A DNA stretch of 64,000 bases from Mycobacteriales bacterium (lineage in GTDB: Bacteria; Actinomycetota; Actinomycetes; JAFAQI01). Shown here one piece after another: positions 26,734-39,634 of the stretch. The notes below the pieces were generated by a model. The model saw only the letters and a list, made by a program, of their open reading frames with translations. It did no database searches and had not been told where the DNA came from. Numbering within the stretch: position 1 is the stretch's first letter; every line of letters begins with the position of its first letter. The stretch lies in the NCBI GenBank assembly GCA_035548055.1, contig DASZTL010000078.1, forward strand, positions 988 to 64,987, given 5' to 3'. A program made the translations under genes and the position numbers.

Positions 26734-29163
26734 GTGAGGCGCCCAGGCTTACGCCAACACATCGCACTGCTCGGCGCAGTGAGTGTGGTCGCCGGCCTGA
26801 TCATGGCGATCGCGCTGCTACCGATCGTCGGCGGGGCGGGGCTCGCGGCCCGCAGCGTGACGGACGCGTTCGACCAGCTGCCCGCATCCCTCACCGAGAA
26901 CCCGCTGCCCCAGGTGTCGAAGCTCGTCGCGGCCAACGGTGAGACGATCGCGACGTTCTACTCGCAGGATCGGCTCAACGTGCCGCTGTCGAAGATCCCG
27001 GTGTCGATGCAGCGCGCGATCATCGACATCGAAGACGTCCGCTTCTACGAGCACGGCGGCCTCGACTTCAAGGGCACCCTTCGCGCGCTGCTACGCAACG
27101 GGGCCTCTGGGACCGTGACGCAGGGTGGCTCGACCCTGACGCAGCAGTACGTGAAGAACGTGCTGGTTGAGAACGCCCACACCAAGGCGCAGCGGCTGGC
27201 TGCTGTCGAGGACACGTTCGCACGAAAGGTCCGCGAGGCACGCTACGCGATCGAGCTCGAGCACAAGCTCACGAAGAACGAGATCCTGACGCGCTACCTC
27301 AACATCGTGTACTTCGGTGACGGCGCGTACGGCGTTGGCGCGGCCGCGCGCCACTTCTTCAACGAGCCGGTGACCAAGCTGACGATTGCGCAGAGCGCGC
27401 TGCTCGCCGGACTGGTGCAGTCGCCCGAGGCCTACAACCCACGCTTCTACCCAGAGCTCGCCACCGACCGGCGAAACACCGTCCTCGCGCAGATGCTGAA
27501 GTACCACGCGATCGACAGGTCCGAGTACGACGACGCGATCGCGACCCCGATCGAGCTGCACATCCACCAGCAGCCGAACGACTGCGTGTCGTCCCTGTAC
27601 CCGTACTTCTGCGACTACGTGAAGCACGTCTTCGAGAACACGCCGAACCTCGGACTGTCACTGTTGCGCCGCGGTGGCCTCACCGTCACGACCACGCTGA
27701 GCCCGAAGATCCAGAAGGCGGCCGACCGTGGCGTCCACGAATACGTCCACCGGCACGAGCCGAACCACGTCGCTTCCGCCGAAGGCGTGGTCGAGCCCGG
27801 CACCGGCAAGATCAAGGCGATCGCCGTCAGCACGGAGTACGGCGACAACGCGAAACTCGGCCAGAACAGCATCAACTACGCCGTCGACCGGGAATGGGGT
27901 GGCAGCACCTACGGGTTCCACGCCGGGTCGACCTTCAAGATCTTCGTCCTTGCCGCAGCACTGAAGGAAGGCATCCCACTGGGCACGGCGATCCACGCCC
28001 CGGCGTCGATCACCGTCAAGGGCTACACCACCTGTTCGGGTCAGGACGCCGGCGTCTACAGCCTCCACAACGCCGGGGACAGCGAGTCGGGGACGTTCAA
28101 TCTCGAGTCCGGAACCTGGTTCTCGGTCAACACCTTCTTCGCTCAGCTCGAGCAGCGCACCGGGCTGTGCACACCGGTGCGACTCGCCGAAGCCATGGGC
28201 ATGCAGCCGTCGAACGGCGGCCACATCCCGCAAGTTCCATCGTTCGTTCTCGGCTCCGCCGCAGGCTTCACGCCCCTGGACCTCGCAAATGCCTACGCGA
28301 CGATGGCAGCGCATGGGAAGTACTGCACCCCGGTCGCCATCACCTCGATCGTCGACCGCCAGGGCCGGGAGTATCCGGTACCGAAGACGGACTGCAGCCA
28401 GATCGTTCCGGCCGGCCTCGCTGACACGGTGACCTCGATCCTGCAAGGGGTGCTGACGGTGCCGGGCGCCACCGGCACCCAGGACGCCCTGTTCGGCAGA
28501 CCAGCCGCCGCGAAGACCGGCACGGTCGACAACTACGACGGATCCTGGTTCGCCGGCTACACGCCGCAGCTGGCATCGGCGGTCTGGGCCGGCATCCCGT
28601 CGAGCCCCAACAAGTCGCTGGGCGGAATGACGATCGGTGGCCGCTACTACGGTGCGGTCTTCGGCGCGACGCTCGCCGGGCGAATCTGGCAGTCGACGAT
28701 GAACGCAGCGCTGAAGGGCGTGCCAGCCGAGCCGTTCGATGGTGCCGACCGCTACTACGCCATCGGCGTGAAGCACACCGTGCCGGATGTCGGCGGCCTG
28801 CCCGTCAGCATTGCCGAGACCGAGCTGCGCCAAGAAGGCTTCAGCCCGCAGCTGTCAGGAACGCCGGTGCAGAGCACCGTTGCGGTCGGCCAGGTCGCAC
28901 GGACCTCACCCGCCGCGGGGTCACAAGCCGCCGCCGGCGCCACGGTCGTCATGTACGTCAGCGGCGGCCGCCACGCGGAGCCCGGGCCACATCCGACCCA
29001 GACCGTGAAGCCCACACATTCGAGCAAGCCGACCGAATCGCCGACCCCCTCATCGACGCCGACGAGCAGCCCCACGACAGAGCCGACTCCGACCGAGTCG
29101 CCGACCGACGGTGGCGGCGTGTTCGGCGAGCCGGCACAACGCCGTCACGCGACCTCTCCCTGA
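26734..29163 (+). CDS. ponA: Class A penicillin-binding protein (transglycosylase + transpeptidase + PASTA, Pro/Thr-rich tail)
   Basis: Glycosyltransferase motifs IDIEDVRFYEHGG and GGSTLTQQ. Transpeptidase motifs STFK and KTGT. C-terminal PASTA-like segment and PT-rich tail. Confidence 0.9.
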   Translation: MRRPGLRQHIALLGAVSVVAGLIMAIALLPIVGGAGLAARSVTDAFDQLPASLTENPLPQVSKLVAANGETIATFYSQDRLNVPLSKIPVSMQRAIIDIEDVRFYEHGGLDFKGTLRALLRNGASGTVTQGGSTLTQQYVKNVLVENAHTKAQRLAAVEDTFARKVREARYAIELEHKLTKNEILTRYLNIVYFGDGAYGVGAAARHFFNEPVTKLTIAQSALLAGLVQSPEAYNPRFYPELATDRRNTVLAQMLKYHAIDRSEYDDAIATPIELHIHQQPNDCVSSLYPYFCDYVKHVFENTPNLGLSLLRRGGLTVTTTLSPKIQKAADRGVHEYVHRHEPNHVASAEGVVEPGTGKIKAIAVSTEYGDNAKLGQNSINYAVDREWGGSTYGFHAGSTFKIFVLAAALKEGIPLGTAIHAPASITVKGYTTCSGQDAGVYSLHNAGDSESGTFNLESGTWFSVNTFFAQLEQRTGLCTPVRLAEAMGMQPSNGGHIPQVPSFVLGSAAGFTPLDLANAYATMAAHGKYCTPVAITSIVDRQGREYPVPKTDCSQIVPAGLADTVTSILQGVLTVPGATGTQDALFGRPAAAKTGTVDNYDGSWFAGYTPQLASAVWAGIPSSPNKSLGGMTIGGRYYGAVFGATLAGRIWQSTMNAALKGVPAEPFDGADRYYAIGVKHTVPDVGGLPVSIAETELRQEGFSPQLSGTPVQSTVAVGQVARTSPAAGSQAAAGATVVMYVSGGRHAEPGPHPTQTVKPTHSSKPTESPTPSSTPTSSPTTEPTPTESPTDGGGVFGEPAQRRHATSP

Positions 29164-29185
29164 AACGGGATCGGCGGGCGTCGTC

Positions 29186-29641
29186 TCAGCTGCTACCCAG
29201 CTGTTCGCGAACGACCGCTGCGATTCGGCCACCTTCCGCCCGGCCGGCAACCTGGGGTTGCACGACCTTCATGACCTGGCCCATGGCCTGCGGGCCGGAT
29301 GCTCCGGTGCTCTCGATCGCGGACCGAACGATCTCGGCGATCTCCGCGTCGGACAGCTGAGCCGGCAGGTACTCGTCGAGCACCTGACCCTCGGCCCGCT
29401 CTCGCGCGGCCAGCTCGGGCCGGCCGCCCCCGTCAAATGCCTCCGCGGCCTCGCGGCGCTTCTTCGCCTCGCGCGCGATGACCTTCAGCACCTCGTCGTC
29501 GGACAGCTCGCGCGCGGACTTCCCGGAGACCTCCTCATTGCTGATCGCAGTGATCACCATGCGCAGCGTGGCCGTGCGCAACTCGTCACGCGACTTCATG
29601 GCGGCGGTCATGTCGGTGCGCAGCTTTTCCTTGAGAGACAT
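29186..29641 (-). CDS. GatB/YqeY domain protein
   Basis: Reads MSLKEKLRTDMTAAMKSRDELRTATLRMVITAISNEEV... ORF 29186..29818 trimmed to ATG 29641. Confidence 0.85.
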   Translation of the reverse strand: MSLKEKLRTDMTAAMKSRDELRTATLRMVITAISNEEVSGKSARELSDDEVLKVIAREAKKRREAAEAFDGGGRPELAARERAEGQVLDEYLPAQLSDAEIAEIVRSAIESTGASGPQAMGQVMKVVQPQVAGRAEGGRIAAVVREQLGSS

Positions 29642-29694
29642 GAGGCAAGCGTAGGAAACCGCCGGCCGCCCTGCGACGTCTCTACCCTTGAGGG

Positions 29695-30585
29695 ATGCCA
29701 GCAGCGGTGTGGATCCCGCTCGTAGCGTTGGTCTTGGGGCTGCTGTGTATCGGCTACGCGTGGTTGTTCGAGCGCAAGGCCTTCCGCCTCCGTCGCGTGA
29801 CGGTGCCCGTCCTCCCACCCGGCAGCCCGGACCTGACCGTGCTGCACATCTCTGACATGCACTTCACCGCTGGGCAGCCATGGAAGGAGCGGTGGGTCCG
29901 AAAGCTCGCGGCACTCGAGCCCGATCTCGTCGTCGACACCGGGGACAACCTCGGAGGGCGTGACGGCGTGCAGCCCACCTTCACGGCGCTGGAGCCGCTG
30001 CTGGCCCGGCCCGGCGCGTTCGTCCCGGGCTCCAACGACTGGTTCGAGCCTTCGCCAAAGAATCCCGCGCGCTATCTCCGCAGTGCCGACGGTCACCGGC
30101 TTCAGTACGGTCCTCGGCTCCCATGGGGGGAGGTCAGGTCGCGCTTCACCGCCGCCGGGTGGATCGACCTGACCCACCGCCGTACCACGATCAACCTGCG
30201 CGGCGTGAACGTCGAGCTGGCAGGTGTGAGCGACGCCCATCTCTTCGCCGACCATTACGAGCGGGTGGCCGGCCCGGTACACAGTGATGTCGCGATTGGT
30301 CTGTCCCACAGCCCCGAACCGCGGGTCGTCGACGCGTTCGCCGCAGACGGCTTCTCACTCGTGATGTCCGGACATACGCACGGCGGGCAGCTCCGGGTGC
30401 CCGGGTACGGCGCACTGGTCACCAACTGCGGGCTGGAGCGAAAGCGGGCCCGCGGTCTGTCTCGCTGGCCCGCAGGCGGCTATCTCCATGTCTCGGCGGG
30501 TCTCGGGACCTCGCGATACGCACCGGTGAGATTCGCCTGCCCGCCGGAAGCGACCTTGCTGACGCTCACCGCCCGACCGGCCTGA
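29695..30585 (+). CDS. Membrane-anchored metallophosphoesterase
   Basis: N-terminal TM segment. Motifs HISDMH, DTGDN and VMSGHTHGG. Confidence 0.85.
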   Translation: MPAAVWIPLVALVLGLLCIGYAWLFERKAFRLRRVTVPVLPPGSPDLTVLHISDMHFTAGQPWKERWVRKLAALEPDLVVDTGDNLGGRDGVQPTFTALEPLLARPGAFVPGSNDWFEPSPKNPARYLRSADGHRLQYGPRLPWGEVRSRFTAAGWIDLTHRRTTINLRGVNVELAGVSDAHLFADHYERVAGPVHSDVAIGLSHSPEPRVVDAFAADGFSLVMSGHTHGGQLRVPGYGALVTNCGLERKRARGLSRWPAGGYLHVSAGLGTSRYAPVRFACPPEATLLTLTARPA

Positions 30586-30615
30586 CCAACCACGGGTAGA
30601 CTGACCGACGCACTT

Positions 30616-30692
30616 CGGGATGTAGCGCAGCTTGGTAGCGCACCTCGTTCGGGACGAGGGGGTCGTGGGTTCAAATCCCGCCATCCCGACCA
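30616..30692 (+). tRNA. tRNA-Pro (anticodon CGG)
   Basis: Cloverleaf folded by hand: acceptor CGGGATG/CATCCCG, anticodon stem CCTCG/CGAGG with loop TTCGGGA, T-loop TTCAAAT, encoded CCA. Confidence 0.95.
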
Positions 30693-30718
30693 AAGGGACC
30701 GGCGGCCGAGCAGTTGCG

Positions 30719-31288
30719 GTGCTCGGCGCCGAAACGGCGATCGGCGCAACCGTCCGTGCCGGCTTGGCACAGTCCGGTTTCATGGTCCGGCCAGTGTCCG
30801 ACGACGAGCCGCTCCCGCCCGGGACCAGTGCCGTTGTCGATGCCGGGCCGCTTCGTGAGCCGCCAACGGTCGGTGACCTCGTGTCGCTCAGCTCGGTGGA
30901 CTGGATGCAGAGTGCGGAGGACCCCCTTCGCCGCGCGCTGCATGTCTTGCAGGCCGCACATCGCGCGCTTCGCGACGGTGGTGGCCGGATCCTCGTGCTC
31001 CTGCCATCGCTGGTCATGACCGGCGCGGCGAGCGTGGCTGCTCACTCCGCCGCCGCGGAGGGCTACCGCTCGCTGGCGAAGGCGGCCGCGCGGGCATGGG
31101 GCAATGAAGGCATCGCAGTCCAATGCGTCCTCGTCCCTACGGGCATCGATCGCCCTGGCCTGCAGCCTCCGGCACTCAACGGAACGCCCGAGCTCGCGCC
31201 GATCCTCTCGGCGTTGCTCGACGAGCGACTCAACGCAGTTACCGGCCTCACCCTCGCCGCCGACGGCGGCGTCTGGATGACGTCATGA
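30719..31288 (+). CDS. Atypical SDR-like protein (possibly 5'-truncated)
   Basis: Reads ..VLGAETAIGATVRAGLAQSG.. (Rossmann-like), with a non-canonical GYRSLAK in place of YxxxK. The only start after the tRNA is GTG 30719. ATGA overlap with the next SDR gene. Confidence 0.55.
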   Translation: MLGAETAIGATVRAGLAQSGFMVRPVSDDEPLPPGTSAVVDAGPLREPPTVGDLVSLSSVDWMQSAEDPLRRALHVLQAAHRALRDGGGRILVLLPSLVMTGAASVAAHSAAAEGYRSLAKAAARAWGNEGIAVQCVLVPTGIDRPGLQPPALNGTPELAPILSALLDERLNAVTGLTLAADGGVWMTS

Positions 31289-32049
31289 CCGACGACACCC
31301 TGACCGGCAAGGTCGTCCTCGTCACCGGAGGAGGCGCCGGGCTCGGCCGCTCGATCTGTGTCGACCTTGCACAACACGGTGCTGCCGTCGTGATCGCCGC
31401 GCCCGGGGCCAACGGCGCCGAGACCGCCCAGCTCGTCGGGTCGTTCGGCCTCGCCCGTCATGTCACCGCGGACGTGACGATCGCGGCCGACCTCCAACGT
31501 GCTGTCGATACCGCCGTCGAAGACTTCGGTCGGCTCGACGGAATCGTGCACAACGCGACGAGCCGCCACTCGAGCGGCGTCGAGGCGATCGACGACATCA
31601 CCGACGAGGTGTGGGACGACCACGTCGCCGTGTCGCTACGCGGCGCCTATCACTGCGCGCGGGCCGGATTCGCGGCGCTGCGAGAAAGCGGCGGTCGCTT
31701 CGTCTTGATGACCTCCCCCGCGGGCATCGAAGGCAGCGCCGGACGGCCTGCCTATTCGGCGGTCAAGGGAGCGGTACGCGGGCTCGTTAAGAGCCTCGCG
31801 CTCGAATGGGGACCACATGGCGTCACAGTGGTGGGCGTCTCGCCGCTTGCGATGACGCCCGCAATGGCGGACGCGTACGTCGCCGACCCGCAGCTGGAGC
31901 GCCGGTTGAGCGAGCTGGTGCCGCTCGGGCGAGTTGGTGACTCGGCGACCGACGTCGCACCCGTCGTACGGTTCCTTCTCGAGGACGGCTCGCGCTACAT
32001 CAGCGGACAGACGATCGTTGTCGACGGCGGGAGATTCACCACACTGTGA
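31285..32049 (+). CDS. SDR-family oxidoreductase
   Basis: Has TGGGAGLGRS, NNAT-like HNAT, and the catalytic YSAVK. Confidence 0.9.
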   Translation: MTDDTLTGKVVLVTGGGAGLGRSICVDLAQHGAAVVIAAPGANGAETAQLVGSFGLARHVTADVTIAADLQRAVDTAVEDFGRLDGIVHNATSRHSSGVEAIDDITDEVWDDHVAVSLRGAYHCARAGFAALRESGGRFVLMTSPAGIEGSAGRPAYSAVKGAVRGLVKSLALEWGPHGVTVVGVSPLAMTPAMADAYVADPQLERRLSELVPLGRVGDSATDVAPVVRFLLEDGSRYISGQTIVVDGGRFTTL

Positions 32050-32059
32050 TCACGACACC

Positions 32060-33013
32060 GTGAGCGAAGCATCACGCGCGATGCGGCCCGGCAGCGTCTC
32101 GCTGCGCCTGTACCCGCACCTCGACCTCCCACCGGAAGCGATCGTGCAGGAGCTGCTCGACCAAGGCCGGCTCGGCGAAGCAGCCGGCTTCGACGGGCTG
32201 ATGGTCAGCGAGCATCACAACGCGTTTGCCGGCTATCTACCCAACCCGATCCAGGCGGCGGGCTGGCTGCTCGATGTCACCCGCGAGGCCTGGGTCGCAC
32301 CGTGCCCGCTCCTGCTGCCGCTCCGCCCCGCCGCACTCGTCGCGGAGGAGCTCGCCTGGCTTGCCGCGCGCTTCCCTGGCCGGGTCGGAGTCGGCCTCGC
32401 GGCGGGATCACTCGAGGCCGACTTCACCATCGCAAGCACGACGAAGGACGATCTGACCGCCCGCTTTGCCGACGGGATGAGGACGGTCAGCGGGATGCTG
32501 CTCGGCCGCGATCCCGGTGTCCTGCCGGATGATCCCGCCATCGGTCGATGCGTGACGGATCCGGTTCCGGTCGTGAGTGCGGCCATGAGTGCGGCGGCTT
32601 GCCGACGCGCGGCCGCCGCCGGCGTCGGGTTGTTGTTCGACTCCCTCACGGCTGTCGCGCGCTGCCGTGAGCTCGCCGAGATGTACCGCGAGGCCGGCGG
32701 CCCGGGACCGATCGTGCTGATCCGACGGGCGGCTCCGGGCGCACCCCCGGCCGCGCGACAGGCGGACCAGCTGCGGTTGTACCGCAGCTACGCCGCGGCG
32801 GGCGCGATCGAGCACTGGGGTGAGGACGAACTAGCGCGTGGCGAGCCGTCGGCGATTGCGGAGACGCTCGCGGCACAAGCCGTCGCCGTCGGTGCCGATT
32901 GTCTCAACGTACGTGTTCATTCGCCTGGCATGACGCCGGCTGAGGCTCGGTCGCACATCGAGGCGCTCGCCGATATCCATGCGCCCTTAGCGCGGCAGCT
33001 GGCCGGCGGCTAG
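32060..33013 (+). CDS. LLM-class (luciferase-like) flavin/F420-dependent oxidoreductase
   Basis: Reads ..FDGLMVSEHHNAFAGYLPNP... The start is GTG 32060 or ATG 32081. Confidence 0.8.
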   Translation: MSEASRAMRPGSVSLRLYPHLDLPPEAIVQELLDQGRLGEAAGFDGLMVSEHHNAFAGYLPNPIQAAGWLLDVTREAWVAPCPLLLPLRPAALVAEELAWLAARFPGRVGVGLAAGSLEADFTIASTTKDDLTARFADGMRTVSGMLLGRDPGVLPDDPAIGRCVTDPVPVVSAAMSAAACRRAAAAGVGLLFDSLTAVARCRELAEMYREAGGPGPIVLIRRAAPGAPPAARQADQLRLYRSYAAAGAIEHWGEDELARGEPSAIAETLAAQAVAVGADCLNVRVHSPGMTPAEARSHIEALADIHAPLARQLAGG

Positions 33014-35217
33014 TGGCGGTACAGCGTCAGAACGGTGACGTCGTCATCGTGCGCTTCTGAGGGCGCAGACTGCACGATCCCGGACAACAGCCGCCACGCG
33101 TCATCGATGCCTTCGGCAGCGCGAAGGCGCGAGAGAATCCTGTCGATCCCGACGTCGATGTCCTCATCTCGCCGCTCGACGAGGCCGTCCGTGAATGCGG
33201 CGAGGCCGGTCCCACGAGGCAGGCAAAGCGAGGTCGACTGTCTGACGTCACCCTCGATCCCGAATGGTGGACCTACCTCTACAGATGCGAGCTCGGCGCC
33301 GCCAAGACGCACCACGATCGGGGGCAGATGGCCGGCGGACGCGATCGTCACTTCTCCCGTGGAGGTCTCGATCAGCAAGTACAGGACGGTTACCAGCTGC
33401 ACGTCCTCGAGTACCTGAAAGTAGCGGTCGACCTTCGACAGGACGGAGACCGGATCGGGATCGTCGACGGCGTAAGCCCGGATCATCGCCCGCGTCTGCG
33501 CCATCGACGCAGCTGCGTCGACGCCTCTTCCCATCACGTCGCCGACGACGGCCGCGACTCGGCCGTCACCGACGGGGACCACGTCATAGAAGTCGCCCCC
33601 TGCCTCCTCTTGCCCGGCTGGGCTGTAGTGCGCAGCTACGCTCCAGCCCGCGATCGAGATCCTCCGATCGGGGAGCAGAGCACGCTGCAACCTGAGGGAT
33701 GCTTCGCGTTCCGCCGCGTACAGCTCGGTGCGGAGCAGGGTTTGGGCGGTTTGCGCGGCGAGCGCGAGCACGAACTGGCGCTCGTCTTCGTCGAACAACC
33801 GGCGGGTCGAGAAGCTGAAGCGCAGCGCTCCGAGCACCCGACCGCCGGTACGGAGTGGGACCGCGCACATCGAGACCGTCGAGTCTTCGAAGCCGCGGAG
33901 CTCCGGGTACTGCCGGTCCCGTTCCTCTCTCGACTCCAACCAGACCGGCTCTCCGGTGCGCAGCACCGTCGCTGCCGGCAACGGCGCGTCGAGGCGCTCT
34001 TCACGCAACGCGTCCACCAGTGCCTCGCCGTAGCCGACGGCACCGGGGACCGCCATGTGTTCTGCGTCCTCGGCGGGGACGAGCAGGCCGCCGCCAGCCG
34101 CGCCCAGCGCAATGACACCCTCCGACACGACAACCTTGGCGACGTCCTCGGGGGTGCGGGTTCGGGCCAGCGCAGCGGTGACGCGTTGCAGTCGCGCGGC
34201 GCGGTCGGTGATGCGTTGCAACATCGCCAACCGCTGGATCTCATCGAGCATTCGGATCTCGAACGTCATGACGGGCGTGGCTTCGCGACCGGCCGACAGC
34301 TCACGAAGCTGGCTGACGACCGCCTCGACGTACCAACGCCGGAACAGCCGGTGCACGTGCGGCGTCTCGAGCGTGAGCAGCCGAGCGGCCCGCGCGTAGG
34401 CGTCTGCTTCGTCGAGCGCAGCGAGGTACGCCTCGCCGGCGTCGGCTGCGCTCGCGGGCAGATCGAGCACCAGCCGGGTGCGGCTCTCGCCGCGGCGCGC
34501 AGCCGCTAGCGCCTGTCGCTTGATCGCATCGCGCGCCTCGGCGAAACCGTGGACGACCGTCTGGATCAGATGGACGAGGTGGGGCGGTGCGTCCGCCTCG
34601 AGCGCCGCGCCGGTGGCGGCGAGGGAGAACTCGCGCACGAGGTTGTCGATGTGCGACTTGGCAGCGATCAGCAGGTCGGTCGGCACGTCACCGAGGACGA
34701 CCGTATAGCGAGCTCCCTGATCGAGACGGGGGTCGGTGTCGGGCCATGCGACCAACAGCTTGTCGATGTCGATCGCGCTCAGGTCGTTGTCAAGCGGGTC
34801 GTGAACGGGCGACACCTCGGCCCAGACGACCTTCCCTCCGGACTCGTCGCGCTCGACGCCCCATCGGGCCGAGAGCGCTGCGATCAGCGCAAGACCACGA
34901 CCTGTCATGTTCGTCGCACTGACCGCCGGCCGAACCGGTGGCCGGGGATTGCCGTCACGAACCTCGATCTTGATCAGATCGGAGTCGCCGGAGATGGCCA
35001 CCGATACCGGCGGGGCGCCGTGCTGGACCGAGTTGGCGAGTAGCTCAGCAGCAACAAGGGCGACGTCATCGACGATGTTCGCGGCGCCGCGAGCGATCGT
35101 CTCGCGCTCCACGAAGGCGCGCGCGATCCGGGCCGCGGCCGGATTCGCGTCGAGCACCAGCTCGGAGCGTTCCGTCACAGGCGGCGACGGGCAGCGGTCC
35201 CCCGTGTCATAGACCAC
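33010..35217 (-). CDS. HATPase(RsbW-like)-GAF-PP2C (SpoIIE-family) phosphatase
   Basis: N-terminal anti-sigma-kinase-like region (..LVAAELLANSVQHG..GRGLALIAALSARWG..), a central GAF-like region, and a C-terminal PP2C (..GGDFYDV..GDVMGRG..TDGLVE..). Confidence 0.85.
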   Translation of the reverse strand: MVYDTGDRCPSPPVTERSELVLDANPAAARIARAFVERETIARGAANIVDDVALVAAELLANSVQHGAPPVSVAISGDSDLIKIEVRDGNPRPPVRPAVSATNMTGRGLALIAALSARWGVERDESGGKVVWAEVSPVHDPLDNDLSAIDIDKLLVAWPDTDPRLDQGARYTVVLGDVPTDLLIAAKSHIDNLVREFSLAATGAALEADAPPHLVHLIQTVVHGFAEARDAIKRQALAAARRGESRTRLVLDLPASAADAGEAYLAALDEADAYARAARLLTLETPHVHRLFRRWYVEAVVSQLRELSAGREATPVMTFEIRMLDEIQRLAMLQRITDRAARLQRVTAALARTRTPEDVAKVVVSEGVIALGAAGGGLLVPAEDAEHMAVPGAVGYGEALVDALREERLDAPLPAATVLRTGEPVWLESREERDRQYPELRGFEDSTVSMCAVPLRTGGRVLGALRFSFSTRRLFDEDERQFVLALAAQTAQTLLRTELYAAEREASLRLQRALLPDRRISIAGWSVAAHYSPAGQEEAGGDFYDVVPVGDGRVAAVVGDVMGRGVDAAASMAQTRAMIRAYAVDDPDPVSVLSKVDRYFQVLEDVQLVTVLYLLIETSTGEVTIASAGHLPPIVVRLGGAELASVEVGPPFGIEGDVRQSTSLCLPRGTGLAAFTDGLVERRDEDIDVGIDRILSRLRAAEGIDDAWRLLSGIVQSAPSEAHDDDVTVLTLYRH

Positions 35218-35291
35218 GATGGTGCCCTACCCATCCTGTGGTGAATCCACCGGGCCAAGCTTCATGCTCACTCTTACGGCAGGATGTCGCC

Positions 35292-38561
<3,270 letters not shown>

Positions 38562-38631
38562 GGGTCAAGGATACGGACGGCCCGCAACGGCCGGTCCTCC
38601 TTTCCCCTGCCGGGTGCGGGATCGGGGGGCG

Positions 38632-39228
38632 TTACGAGTAGGCGCGACGTCCTTCGAAGGCACGGCCGAGCGTCACTTCGTCGGCATACTCGAGATCGCC
38701 GCCGACCGGAAGGCCCGATGCGAGCCGCGTCACCTTGAGATCCATCTCCTTCACGAACCGGGCAAGGTAGGTCGCAGTCGCTTCGCCTTCGAGGTTCGGA
38801 TCGGTGGCGAGGATCAGCTCGGTGACAGTGCCGTCGGCCAGTCGCGCCATCAGCTCCTTGATCCGAAGGTCATCCGGACCGACGCCCTCGATCGGCGAGA
38901 TCGCACCGCCGAGAACGTGGTAGCGGCCGCGGAACTCCCGGGTTCGCTCGATCGCGACGACGTCCTTCGGCTCCTCGACGACACAGATGACGGTGAGGTC
39001 GCGACGCGGGTCACGACAGACCCGGCATTGCTCCTCCTCGGCGACGTTGCCACAGATGGTGCAGAAGCGAACCTTCTCCTTGACCTCCGTGAGCGCCGAC
39101 ACCAGCCGTCGTACGTCGGCGGGGTCGGCCGCGAGCAGATAGAAGGCAATGCGCTGCGCGCTCTTCGGCCCGACACCCGGCAGCCGGCCGAGCTCGTCGA
39201 TGAGGTCTTGAACCGGGCCTTCGTACAC
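38632..39228 (-). CDS. recR: Recombination protein RecR
   Basis: Zinc finger [16 protein letters not shown], with Toprim and C-terminal motifs. Confidence 0.95.
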   Translation of the reverse strand: MYEGPVQDLIDELGRLPGVGPKSAQRIAFYLLAADPADVRRLVSALTEVKEKVRFCTICGNVAEEEQCRVCRDPRRDLTVICVVEEPKDVVAIERTREFRGRYHVLGGAISPIEGVGPDDLRIKELMARLADGTVTELILATDPNLEGEATATYLARFVKEMDLKVTRLASGLPVGGDLEYADEVTLGRAFEGRRAYS

Positions 39229-39237
39229 CGAGGTTGC

Positions 39238-39567
39238 CTATAGCCCCGGAATACCGAGCGCGCCGCCCATGCCGCCGGTGAGGGGGCCCATCTTCGCAGC
39301 GGTCAGCTCGTCGGCCTCACGCTTCGCGTCACGGACCGCGGCCACGACGAGGTCTTGCAACGTCTCAACGTCGTCCGGATCGAGCGCGGAGGGGTCGATC
39401 GTCAGCGAGTCGAGCTCGCCCGCAGCCGTCATCGAAGCCCGCACCAGGCCACCACCTGCGCTGCCCTCGACAAGGGTCGCGGCGAGCTCTTCCTGCGCCG
39501 CCATCAGGTCGCGCTGCATCTTCTGCGCCTGCTTCATCAGCTGCTGCATGTTGGGCTGCGGTGGCAT
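39238..39567 (-). CDS. ybaB: YbaB/EbfC nucleoid-associated protein
   Basis: Reads [28 protein letters not shown]... ORF trimmed to ATG 39567. Confidence 0.9.
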   Translation of the reverse strand: MPPQPNMQQLMKQAQKMQRDLMAAQEELAATLVEGSAGGGLVRASMTAAGELDSLTIDPSALDPDDVETLQDLVVAAVRDAKREADELTAAKMGPLTGGMGGALGIPGL

Positions 39568-39634
39568 GCGCAGAAGCCTACGGCTGACGGCTGACGTGGC
39601 GACGGACATTCCGCCACGCGAGTGGTGTCAGGCT

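Noticed and set aside
30364-30375. Perfect 12-bp palindrome ATGTCCGGACAT, resembling the intergenic ATGTCC..GGACAT hairpins
   Set aside because: It lies inside the metallophosphoesterase CDS and encodes the conserved MSGHTH active-site motif. The palindrome is a by-product of coding sequence.
38562-38631. Hairpin GGACGGCC-cgcaac-GGCCGGTCC upstream of ask as a possible lysine riboswitch
   Set aside because: At about 70 nt it is far too short for an L-box and lacks its conserved elements. It is more simply the recR terminator or a leader hairpin.
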